Origin: Bacteroidota bacterium
Lineage (GTDB): Bacteria; Bacteroidota; Bacteroidia; JABDFU01
Reading direction: 5' to 3'
Assembly (NCBI GenBank): GCA_013286805.1
Contig: JABDEY010000001.1
Span: 6,051 to 70,050, forward strand
Length of the DNA: 64,000 nt
Made by a program: the position numbers and the translations under genes. Numbering within the stretch: position 1 is the first letter of the stretch; each line of letters opens with the position of its first letter. This document shows positions 10,609-21,000 of the stretch, piece after piece. The notes under the pieces were generated by a model. It saw only the letters and a list, made by a program, of their open reading frames with translations. It had not been told where the DNA came from and made no database searches.

Positions 10609-11427
10609 TTAACACATTAAGACCAGACTTACTCCACTCATTACGATCATCAGCGCATCTTCGATAATAGTAATCGTACTCATGGGCAGGTTAAACACAG
10701 CTCCAAGGCAGGCACATTTTATTTTCTCCTTTTTCAAAACACTTTGTAAAACTCCAATAATGCTCAGGCTCATAACAATCAGCGTGAGGGCATTGCTCCA
10801 ACCATATAGTGATGGAAAAAGGAATGAAATACCCAGGCCGAGTTCAACAAACGGATATATATAACCATAACCCAGCCATCGCTTAGCAATAATGTCATAA
10901 CTGCTGTAACTCATAGCAAAAGCAGGAACATCCAAAATTTTAAAAAAAGAAAACACCAGAAAAAAGCCTGCCATAAAATGGGACATCCATTCCCGTGCAT
11001 CAAATTTTTCTCTTTCAAATTGGATAAGCAGTGTAATAGCGGTAATATAACCGAAGATTAAAAAAACAGGCAGGTAGGTTTGTAATCTTGCACTATTTTC
11101 TTCAGGATGTGCTTGAACGAGATTCCCGATTTCCTGAACTGGGCTATTCCTTTCCTGAACAGGGCTGCTCCTTTTCTGAATTTGGTCATTCATTTCCTGA
11201 ACAACGCCGCTCACTTTAGGGGATTCTTCTGAAATACTGTATTTCGATCCATTCAGTGCCGCTTTTAAGTCATTTATGCTTAATTGCTCACTCATACAAA
11301 TTTCAGCCTCCCCATTTTCCAAACCAACATTTACAGATGTAACCCCCGGCACTTTTGAAAGAATACTTTGAACCTTTGTACTACAACCTGCACAAGTCAT
11401 TCCCACTATTTTATACGCCTTTATCAT
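10609..11427 (-). CDS. Heavy-metal-associated (HMA) domain fused to a MauE/DoxX-like redox membrane domain
   Basis: Track ORF 272 aa. The N-terminus MIKAYKIVGMTCAGCSTKVQSIL carries the GMTCxxC metal site of the HMA fold. The C-terminal ~150 aa has several hydrophobic helices and a CACLG motif as in MauE-type proteins. A repeat-containing linker separates the two domains. Confidence 0.75.
   Translation of the reverse strand: MIKAYKIVGMTCAGCSTKVQSILSKVPGVTSVNVGLENGEAEICMSEQLSINDLKAALNGSKYSISEESPKVSGVVQEMNDQIQKRSSPVQERNSPVQEIGNLVQAHPEENSARLQTYLPVFLIFGYITAITLLIQFEREKFDAREWMSHFMAGFFLVFSFFKILDVPAFAMSYSSYDIIAKRWLGYGYIYPFVELGLGISFLFPSLYGWSNALTLIVMSLSIIGVLQSVLKKEKIKCACLGAVFNLPMSTITIIEDALMIVMSGVSLVLMC
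11119..11205. repeat. Intragenic 21-bp tandem repeat (x4) encoding VQExxxx heptads in the HMA-MauE linker
   Basis: The core TTCCTGAAC or a close variant recurs at 11131, 11152, 11173 and 11194 (21-nt spacing). The protein reads VQEMNDQ IQKRSSP VQERNSP VQEIGNL VQ. Confidence 0.7.
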
Positions 11428-11486
11428 TATCCAATTTTTACTGCCTGAATGTAATTGTACAAACTTAAGTATATTTAACCCCTGTT

Positions 11487-12881
11487 ATGTACAATGCCCT
11501 GTTCATATTCCTTTTTTCCATCGTTGTATTTATTGTCATTCTTGCATTAAATGCAGCAATCCGATCACTTCAACATGCCTCCGGAAATTCAGACAAAATA
11601 GAAGACATACAGCAAGCCAAAACTGTCTTATTTTATTGCTCGCTGATTTTCATCTTTTTATATACCGCGTATTCATTAGTTAAAGGCACCACCTACGAAT
11701 CTCATGTAACAGAATGGATGAACCTCATTGTCCGCTGGATGCATGTCGTATTCGGCATTGCCTGGATAGGAGCCTCCTTTTATTTTGTATTCCTTGAAAA
11801 CTCCCTCAACAGGACCAAAGACCTGAAAGAAGGAATCGCCGGAAATTTATGGGCCATCCACGGCGGCGGATTTTATTACCTCGAAAAATACAAAATAGCG
11901 CCAGCAGAAATCCCCAACGATCTCCACTGGTTTAAATACGAAGCCTATTTCACATGGCTTTCCGGCTTCACGCTTATGATTATTGTCTATTACTTGGACG
12001 CACATATCTACCTGATAGATCCACAGGTAATGGCCTTAAATTCATCACAGGCGATATCCATCGGCATTGGCTCTATGATTTTCAGCTGGCTCGTTTACGA
12101 CACCCTGTGCAAATCCAGATTATCAAAAAATCAGACGCTCTTATCCGTACTGCTCCTGTTATTCATAGCCGGCATGGCCTGGCTCCTCACTCATGTCTTT
12201 AGTAGCAGAGCGGCCTATATACATGTTGGAGCCCTGCTCGGAACACTCATGGCAGGAAACGTATTCCGTGTAATCATTCCCGCACAGAAGGCAATGGTAA
12301 AAGCTGCCAAAGAAGGAAAAGCGGTTGATCCCTCCTATGGAAAAAAAGCCCTGCTACGGTCACTTCACAATAATTATTTTACCCTGCCTGTCATTTTTAT
12401 CATGATCAGCAATCATTTTCCAGGAACCTATGGCAGTACATTCAATTGGATTGTACTTATGGGATTAATCATTGCAAGCGCACTTATAAAACACTATCTC
12501 AACCTCAAAGAAAAAGGAGAAAAATCAATATGGATTTTACCCATTGGAATCCTTCTCATCCTTACACTTGCATTCGTCACGAGGCCGGTCACAAAATCCG
12601 TCTGCAAAAGCGACAAGCCAGCAAGCTTCGCCGAAGCAAATGTCATCATACAAAAAAGGTGTGTAGCCTGTCATTCAGCAAATCCCACAGATGACGTGCT
12701 GAAAGTTGCCCCCAACAACATTCAGTTTGACAAAAAAGAAAGCATATTAAAGTATGCCGAACGAATCAATCAACGGGCAGTAATTACCAAAACCATGCCC
12801 CAGGCCAACAAAACAGGCATTACTCAGGAAGAAAGGGATGTCATCGCCTGCTGGATTGAAAATGGTGCTAAGGCCGATTAA
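11487..12881 (+). CDS. puuD: Membrane urate hydroxylase PuuD-like protein (Urate_ox_N membrane domain + C-terminal cytochrome c)
   Basis: Track ORF 464 aa. Multi-TM region with WMHVVFGIAWIGASFYFVFLEN and HGGGFYYLEKYK blocks that I recognise from the PuuD family. Haem c motif CVACH at 12660-12674. Confidence 0.7.
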   Translation: MYNALFIFLFSIVVFIVILALNAAIRSLQHASGNSDKIEDIQQAKTVLFYCSLIFIFLYTAYSLVKGTTYESHVTEWMNLIVRWMHVVFGIAWIGASFYFVFLENSLNRTKDLKEGIAGNLWAIHGGGFYYLEKYKIAPAEIPNDLHWFKYEAYFTWLSGFTLMIIVYYLDAHIYLIDPQVMALNSSQAISIGIGSMIFSWLVYDTLCKSRLSKNQTLLSVLLLLFIAGMAWLLTHVFSSRAAYIHVGALLGTLMAGNVFRVIIPAQKAMVKAAKEGKAVDPSYGKKALLRSLHNNYFTLPVIFIMISNHFPGTYGSTFNWIVLMGLIIASALIKHYLNLKEKGEKSIWILPIGILLILTLAFVTRPVTKSVCKSDKPASFAEANVIIQKRCVACHSANPTDDVLKVAPNNIQFDKKESILKYAERINQRAVITKTMPQANKTGITQEERDVIACWIENGAKAD

Positions 12882-12902
12882 AAAGAAAATTGGTTTGCAA
12901 AA

Positions 12903-15050
12903 TCACAGTTTCAGCCCGATAACAGTAACATCATCCGTCTGTTCCACTCGCGCTTTCCACTTTGTATGATGTTCAGCCAAAAGTTTTTTCTGCTCCGGCA
13001 AACTCTTATCCTGAACAGACAAAAGCAATTCCTTAAACCTTCTTTTCATTAATTTCTTATCCTCCTCACTAAACTGATCAGCATAGCCATCTGTAATCAG
13101 AAAAATAGTCACCCCTTTCGTCACTTTAATAAAGTGCGAAGTAAACGATTTCCGCTCCTTGCTTTTTCCGATCGGCTGTTTATCCGCTTTGACTTCAGTC
13201 AACACACTATCTTTAATGATCCAGAGTGGATTATTTGCTCCACTCCATTGAATTTCAGTACTTTCCGCCCTCACGCTTCCGGGTTCTGTCCTCCTCCCAG
13301 CTACCTCCCCGCCTCTGTTCCTCTGCACCCGCATAAGCGAAATGTCCATTCCATCATTAATCTCCTCTCCCGATTTCTCAAACGTCTCAATAACAAGTTC
13401 CGAAACTTTATCCAATATCTTTCCGGTATCCAAACAGCCGAATTCTTTAACCGCTCTGTTCAGGGCATTGGAACAAACTACACTCACCAATGCACCCGGT
13501 ACCCCATGTCCGGTACAATCAGCGGCAGCAATAAAAACATAACCTTTCGTGGCATACATCCAGTAAAAGTCACCCGCCACAATATCCTTGGGAAGATAAA
13601 GCACAAAGCTCTCCGGAAAATGCAGGTTGATTTCGCTCAATGGAGGCAGAATAGCCTGCTGCAGGCGTTGGGCATATGTAATCGAATCGACAATTTCATG
13701 TTGTTTTTCCTCTACAAGGATTTTCTGCCGAACAACCTCATTTTTCTCTTTAACAAGCTCAGTCGTTCTTTCCACAACCCGTTCTTCCAATACTACCAGT
13801 GCCTTTTCCTGAGCCCGTATAGTTTCAGTTTTTAAGGCATTGATTTTATTCCCCATCACAAAAGACAACAAAGTAGCAGAGGCCACCAATCCAACCAGGT
13901 CAGGCACTAAAGTAAAGTCCTGAAAGCCTGAAGTCTGTCCGGAGTTAAAAAGATTGACAAGAGCAATGGTTAAAGCCGCCAGGAAGGCCATAAAATAAAT
14001 AGAATTGGCCAGCACAAAATATTTTACCTGCCTGTTTCCCTTTTTCAGGCAGGTAAGGCTTATAATGAAAGTGAACAGGAAAGCAGCTCCGCCATGAGAC
14101 CAGCCATGCCCTATCAGAGTCAATAATATATTAACGATTGAATAGGCGATAAAAAATTTCATCCATTTGTCCTTTTTCTTAAACTTTTCTTTCAGGTCAA
14201 GAAATTTCCGGGTAAACAATGAATAAAACAACATCATCATGCTGGCATAAAAAATGGATGAATCAAATTTAGACAACAAGGCCTTTAATCCGGGAAGCAA
14301 ATGAAAAAAATAGGTCCCGGATTCCGGAACAGTATTGATTTGGGTCAGGGCGCCAAACAACAAAAAAAGTGAATAATACAAAAGGGATGTATCCTTGACA
14401 GAGAAGAATAGAAACAGGTAATTTAAAAAGAGAATGAATAGGATACCGAAGAAAATTCCTTTCAGATAGGTATGTATTTTTTCAGTTGTCTGGAATTTCG
14501 CCATAAGTGCAAACCAGGCCTTTTCAGAACGAAGACTAGCCAGATCCTTATCCGTTTTTAACAAATTCAGATCCGACCACCCATTGTCAATAGCTTTTTC
14601 AAGATCGGCAAACGCCTTTTCCTTCTCCCCTATAAGTGCCCAGGAACAACCTGCATTGTACAATAAATTATTTGCTCCCATAGCCTTTAAACCTTTTCCG
14701 GTACCCATATCAAATGCCTCTTCATATAACAGAGCTGATTTTTCATAATGCGCGCTGTCATAATTATTCTTGGCTTCACTTTGCAATTCTCCATGCAAAA
14801 CAGACTTGATTTTCCTTTTGTGTACGCTGTCAGTATTAGATTTCAACAGGGTCCGCAGGGAATCAATACTATGGGAATAATTCTTATGAACATCCTTTCC
14901 CTCAGAATCATACCGAAAGGAAATCGAATCAGAATGAAAAGAGACCTGAGCATTTATAAAAGCACATGGAAGGATCAGCAGAAAAAAGAAAACCCTAAAC
15001 GCCCTTGTTATCATACCAGCCCTCGCAATCATACCAGCATTTATAATCAT
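12903..15050 (-). CDS. Membrane sensor phosphatase: signal peptide + TPR-like periplasmic region + 7TM (7TMR-DISM-like) + coiled coil + PP2C/SpoIIE phosphatase domain
   Basis: Track ORF 715 aa. The central region has about seven hydrophobic helices. The C-terminus has GDFYWMY, AAADCTGHGVPGALVS, DGMDISLM and ITDGYADQF, which are PP2C/SpoIIE metal-binding blocks. Confidence 0.8.
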   Translation of the reverse strand: MIINAGMIARAGMITRAFRVFFFLLILPCAFINAQVSFHSDSISFRYDSEGKDVHKNYSHSIDSLRTLLKSNTDSVHKRKIKSVLHGELQSEAKNNYDSAHYEKSALLYEEAFDMGTGKGLKAMGANNLLYNAGCSWALIGEKEKAFADLEKAIDNGWSDLNLLKTDKDLASLRSEKAWFALMAKFQTTEKIHTYLKGIFFGILFILFLNYLFLFFSVKDTSLLYYSLFLLFGALTQINTVPESGTYFFHLLPGLKALLSKFDSSIFYASMMMLFYSLFTRKFLDLKEKFKKKDKWMKFFIAYSIVNILLTLIGHGWSHGGAAFLFTFIISLTCLKKGNRQVKYFVLANSIYFMAFLAALTIALVNLFNSGQTSGFQDFTLVPDLVGLVASATLLSFVMGNKINALKTETIRAQEKALVVLEERVVERTTELVKEKNEVVRQKILVEEKQHEIVDSITYAQRLQQAILPPLSEINLHFPESFVLYLPKDIVAGDFYWMYATKGYVFIAAADCTGHGVPGALVSVVCSNALNRAVKEFGCLDTGKILDKVSELVIETFEKSGEEINDGMDISLMRVQRNRGGEVAGRRTEPGSVRAESTEIQWSGANNPLWIIKDSVLTEVKADKQPIGKSKERKSFTSHFIKVTKGVTIFLITDGYADQFSEEDKKLMKRRFKELLLSVQDKSLPEQKKLLAEHHTKWKARVEQTDDVTVIGLKL

Positions 15051-15097
15051 TCTAACTCTTGTTTCACACTAAAAGATTAATCCTGCCGGGCACAACT

Positions 15098-18000
15098 TCA
15101 CTTAACAATTATCAGTCGCTTGTTGATTCTGCCCTTGCTGCCTGTAACAGATATCGTATAAATGCCATCAGCCAGGTTGTTCCCATCAAGGGTTACACTC
15201 CCCGTAAAAAGAAATTGCTTATACATCAAATTACCGCGCACATCAAACACCTGCAGCAATTGCTGCTCGGCAGAAGAAGACGTCACTACAAAATTTCCAC
15301 CTGAAGGATTGGGGTACACAGATACTGAATAATTGTCTGACTCAGTAGCAATCCCCGTACAAATATTAATCGTTAAGACCATTGAACTGATGCCTTCGTT
15401 ACATGGGGCAATCCCGCTCACAGCATTTGTAGCAGTAAGCGTTAAGGTAACACTTCCATTGGCAATATCAGCTGATGAAGGAGTGTACGCCGCATTCGGC
15501 AATGCTGCATTATCAAAAACACCGGTTCCCGAACTTGTCCAGATAGAGCCAGTTGCTGAGCTGCCAACCACACCCGCTAATGTAAATGAAGTGCCTGCGC
15601 AAATGACGGCATTGGATCCTGCATTAGCAGCAATAACCGAACTGATGGTTACACCAAAGCTTGCAGCAGACGCCGAGCATCCTCCACCTGCAGCAATGTT
15701 ATTACTGATCGTATACGAAGCAGGAGTACTTCCTGCCAGGTCAATCTCCCCGGTAGACGTATTAACAAAAACCAAACCTGCAGGCAAAGCCGAAAAAACT
15801 CCGGCACTTGCCCCTGCTGTAAAATGTGGAAATGGATTTGCCTCCCCATCGCAATAAGCTGTGGAATAGGTGAACGCAGCATCAGGAGAAGTCGTTATGG
15901 TAACGCTCACTGTACTGCTGGCCGGGCAGGTCCCATCTGTTAAATAAGTTACGTTATATGTTGCAAGCGCGCTGCTGCCTAAAGTAATCTTTCCCGACGA
16001 CGCATTTAATGATAAACCAGCGGGAGAAGAAGTGAATAATCCCCCCGCAAGTCCGGAAATAACAGGACTTGGGTCCGATCCGGATTTACAGATAGTTGGA
16101 GAGGAATAACTGAAAGAAGGATTATCAGAAGGTATGATCGTAATTGCTATAGCAGCAGAGCTTACAGAAGTACAGCCATTACCATCTGTAACCAGAACAG
16201 AATCACGGCCGCCAACTGAAACAGAAATAGCAGAGGTAGTTGCTCCAGTACTCCACAAATAAGAACTTCCGGCACTGCAGGTAAGAGTCACTTTGCCACC
16301 GTTACAAAAAGAGGTCGGTCCGCCTGGAGTAATCGTAGCTGTTGGTAATGGGTTCACCGTTACATTTTGTGCTGCTGTGGCAGTATTTCCGCTACCATCC
16401 GTTACTGTCCATGTGACTACGGTTGTTCCTTCAGGGTAAGTACCGGAAGGATGATCATTACCAAAAGAAGCCACAGAGCAATTATCTGCAGTTACCGGAG
16501 TGCCCAATACCACCGTCTCCCCGACACAGACAAAAACATCTGCAGGGGCAGTAATGGTCGGATTAATGTGATCCTTTACAGTTACCGTTTGAGTTGCAGT
16601 CGCAGAGTTGCCGCTGCCATCCGTTGCCGTCCAGGTCACAGTGGTATTACCAAGGGGGAAAGCAGAAGGCGCATTATTTGTTAAACTTGCCACGGCACAA
16701 TTGTCAGCAGCGTTGGGAAATCCCAATAAAACTCCGATTACAGTACATCCTGTGGAAATATTTACATTCACATTTGCAGGGGCAGTAATAGTCGGAGCAA
16801 TATTATCAGTTACAGTCACCGTTTGATCTGCAGTGGCCGAATTTCCACTACCATCTATTACTGTCCAGGTAACCGTAGTATTTCCTAAAGGAAAGGCAGA
16901 GGGAGCATTATTAAATACAACGGCTACAGAGCAATTATCTGCTGTCACAGGTGTTCCCAATACAACTCCGGTTGCAGTGCATCCTGTATTGGTCGTCGCA
17001 TTTACAGTTGCAGGAGCCGCAATGGTTGGGTTTATATTATCCGTTACCTTAACCATTTGAGTTGCAGTTGCCGTATTCCCGCTGCCATCCGTAACGGTCC
17101 AGGTCACGGTGGTGTTTCCCAAAGGAAAGGCAGATGGCGCATCATTGATGACATTTGCAACAGAACAATTATCCGCAGTAACAGGAGTACCCAAAGAAAC
17201 ACCGGTTGCAGTACATCCTGTATTTGTAAATACACTCACTGTTGCTGGCGCGGTGATGGTCGGATTAACATTATCCGTTACGGTAACTATTTGATTAGCA
17301 GTTGCTGTATTGCCACCTCCGTCCGTTACAGTCCAGATAACTGTTGTGTTTCCAAAAGGGAAAGCAGACGGAGCATTATTCGTCACATTTGCCACAGAAC
17401 AATTATCAGCTGTTCCAGGGTTTCCCAATGAAACGCCGGTTGCAGTACATCCTGTATTTGTAAATGCATTTACAGTTGTAGGCGCAGTAATGGTCGGGTT
17501 AACATTATCAGTTACGGCAACTGTTTGAGTCGCGGTTGCTGTATTTCCGCTTCCGTCTGTTACTGTCCAGGTGACAGTTGTGTTGCCCAATGGATAAGTG
17601 CTTGATGCGTGATCATTTACCACACTTGCCACAGAACAATTATCAGCTGTCACAGGCGCTCCCAACGAAACACCGGTTGCAGTACATCCCGTATTTGTAA
17701 ATGCGTTCACAATGGCGGGTGCCGAGATAGTCGGATTAACATTATCTGTTACAGTAACTGTTTGAGTCGCAGTTGCAGTATTACCGCTCTCGTCTGTTAC
17801 CGTCCAGGTAACCGTTGTATTTCCCAAAGGAAAGGCAGAAAGAGCATTATTCGTCACACTTGCAACCGAACAATTATCTGCAGTAGCAGGAGTACCCAAA
17901 GAAACACCAGTTGCTGTACATCCTGTATTTGTAAATGCATTCACTGTTGACGGCGCAGTAATGGTCGGATTAACATTATCCGTTACGGTAACTGTTTGAT

Positions 18001-21000
18001 TGGCAGTTGCAGTATTACCGCTTCCGTCCGTTACAGTCCAGTGGACAGTAGTATTTCCCAAAGGAAAAGTTGTTGATGCATAATCATTGACTACACTTGC
18101 TACAGAACAATTATCTGCTGTCACAGGCATTCCCAAAGAAACACCAGTTGCCGTACATCCCGTATTCGTAGTAGCGAATACTGTTGCAGGTGCTGTAATG
18201 GTTGGATTGACATTGTCTGTAATAGTTACTGAGAATGAACATGTTGGTGCCCCGCAGGTATTGGTTGCTGTAAGAGTTACTATGGTCACACCCAAATTAA
18301 AAGCAGAACCTGTCCCGGTTCCGGTTCCACTACCTGTGGTGACGCCACTTAAACTATAGCTAATTGCCGGGGCAGGCGAACCTGTAACAGCAGGTGCTGA
18401 ATAATTCACAATTGCATTGCATGATCCGGCCGTTGTATTTGATATTTGGTCTGCAATGCAGGTAATAACCGGAAGTGTATTAACTGTAACTGCTATAGGC
18501 GCTGAGCTTGCAGAAGTACACCCATTAACATCCTTAATCGTCAGCGAATAGGAGCCTGTAGCAGAGGCTGTGATGGATGCCGTTGTTGGTCCGGTACTCC
18601 AGGAATAAGAATTACCGGCACTGGAAGTTAAAAGCACACCACCTCCCTGACAAAAAGTAGTAGATCCGTTGGGTGTAATAATGGGGGCACCCGGCAATGG
18701 ATTGACCATAATCACTACTGCTGCAGAACTTAAAGAGGTACAACCATTTGCATCAGTCACCTGAACAGAATCACGTCCGGCTGCAAAAATCGGAATACCC
18801 TGCTGATTCGGATCTCCATTACTCCATATATAAGAGCTGCCTGCACTACATATTAAATCCACAAATCCACCCTGGCAGAAGGTGGTAGGACCATCGGGCG
18901 TGATTGTAGGTGTAGCTGGCAGGGGGAGAATGGAAGTTGAAACAGAAGTTACAGGAGATGCGCATCCAAACGAATTGGTGATAACCAGTGAATCCCAACC
19001 GGCTGTTTTTACATAAATGGAAGGGCTTGTCGCTCCGGTAGTCCATGTATAAGTAGTTCCTGCGCTGGAAGTTAAAAGTACGCTATCACCCTGACAGAAT
19101 GTGGTCGAGCCGGTTGGTGTTATAGTGGGGGCTGCCGGTACCGGATTAACAGTTATGGTCATACTGCTTGAACAGGCGCCTGGTGTCACGCATCCACCCT
19201 CTCCTCTTGCATAATATGAGGTAGTGGAAGCAGGTGAAACAGAAATTGCAGTTCCGCTGCCAACACTTGTTGCTCCACAACTTCCGCTATACCATTGCCA
19301 TTTTGTTGCACTGTTTTGTACCCCTGTCACTATACTCAGTATAGTACTCTGTGCGCCGCAATTGGTGGAAGATGAAGTGGCAAGTGTCGGAATGCCCGGA
19401 TTTACGCAGGAAGGTACATATACCCACACTGCTCCTGCATTACTATTATCATCAGGGCCTCCTATTAAGGTAGTTGTTCCATCCGTTGAAATGGAAACGG
19501 AGGTCCCTTGTTCAGGAGCACCTACAGCACCAGTACCAATTAGTTGAGTTCCCTGCTGAGTCCATATTCCGCCAGACATGGTGAAAACCCATGCTGCCCC
19601 AATAAAACTATTATCATTAAATCCCCCTATAATTGCAGTACTTCCATCAGCTGAAATGGAAACAGAGGTCCCTTGCTTTGCAGAACCTGTTGCCCCAGTA
19701 CCAGTTAATTTACTCCCTTGCTGTGCCCATGCTCCCGCTGAGCGTGTATAAACCCACGCCGCTCCTGCACCACCATTGTCAGAATGCCCTCCAACAAGAG
19801 CCGTATTGCCATCCGATGAAAGAGCCACAGCGTAGCCCTGATCCGCTGAACCCACAGCCCCGGTACCTACTAATTTACTTCCCTGCTGGGTCCAGACTCC
19901 ACCTGAAAGGCTATACACCCAGGCAGCTCCTGCAAAACTATTATCCGCAAATCCCCCCGCAATTGCAGTAAACCCATCTGATGAAATAGCTACTGAATAC
20001 CCTTGTTCTGCAGCCCCTACAGCTCCTGACCCAACTAATTTACTTCCCTGCTGCGACCATGTTATGCCATTGCGGACAAAAACCCAGACTGCCCCCGCGC
20101 TGCTATTATCATTTAATCCTCCCACGATAGCCGTATTCCCATCGGCTGAAATGGAAACAGCCTGGCCTTGATTCGCTGTACCTATTGCACCTGTTCCAAC
20201 CAATCCAATCGCCTGCTGAGACCATGCGGTTCCTGATCTTGTGTAAATCCAGACTCCTGAATTGCTGCTGCCCACGATAGCAGTGTTCCCGTCAGCCGAA
20301 ATGGAAACTGACCATCCAAAAAAAGTTGAAAAGGTAACCCCTGTTCCGACCAGTTTACTTCCCTGTTGGCTCCAGACTAAACCTGATCGTACATAAATCC
20401 ATGCTGCACCTGTATTGGTATTATCAAAATATCCACCAACAATTGCAGTATTCCCATCTGATGAGATGGCAACAGAATAGCCCTTTTCTGCTGAGCCTAC
20501 ACCCCCCGTACCAACCAATTTGCTTCCCTGTTGCGCAACCGGATAAGGCGTAGCAGTAACTGAAAAATTACTGCCACTTAATGCATTGCCACCTGCAGTT
20601 GTAAGAGATAAATTGCCAGTTACCGCTCCTGGCATTACCAGGCACTCCAGTTTAGTTCCTGTATTTGATATCACAATAGCCGGTATTCCGCCGATAGTAA
20701 AAGAGGTGGGGCTTCCCAGATTGTAACCCATAACAGTCACCAACGTACCAGGCGCACCGCTGGAAGGACTGAAAGAATTAATTACAGGCGGGGCGATCGT
20801 ATAAACCCAGGCCGCTCCTGCATTGCTGTTATCAAATGGTCCTCCTGCGATCAGCGTGGTTCCGTCAGCTGAAATGGAAATAGCATTTCCCTGACCTGCT
20901 AACCCTGTTGCTCCTGTACCTACCAGGTTATATGCCGATTGTTGCTGGGTTTCCTGTTGGGTCCAAACGGAGCCAAAACGAGTGAATACCCATACTGCTC

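Noticed and set aside
13134-13835. 233-aa plus-strand ORF inside the SpoIIE phosphatase gene
   Set aside because: It is antisense to the well-supported PP2C domain, and its composition (R/F/I/L/N-rich) is typical of non-coding frames in AT-leaning DNA.
16352-18225. Diversity-generating retroelement or invertible-promoter control of the variable HYR array
   Set aside because: There is no reverse transcriptase, template repeat, site-specific recombinase or flanking inverted repeats in the window. The variation is better explained by ordinary tandem-duplication divergence.
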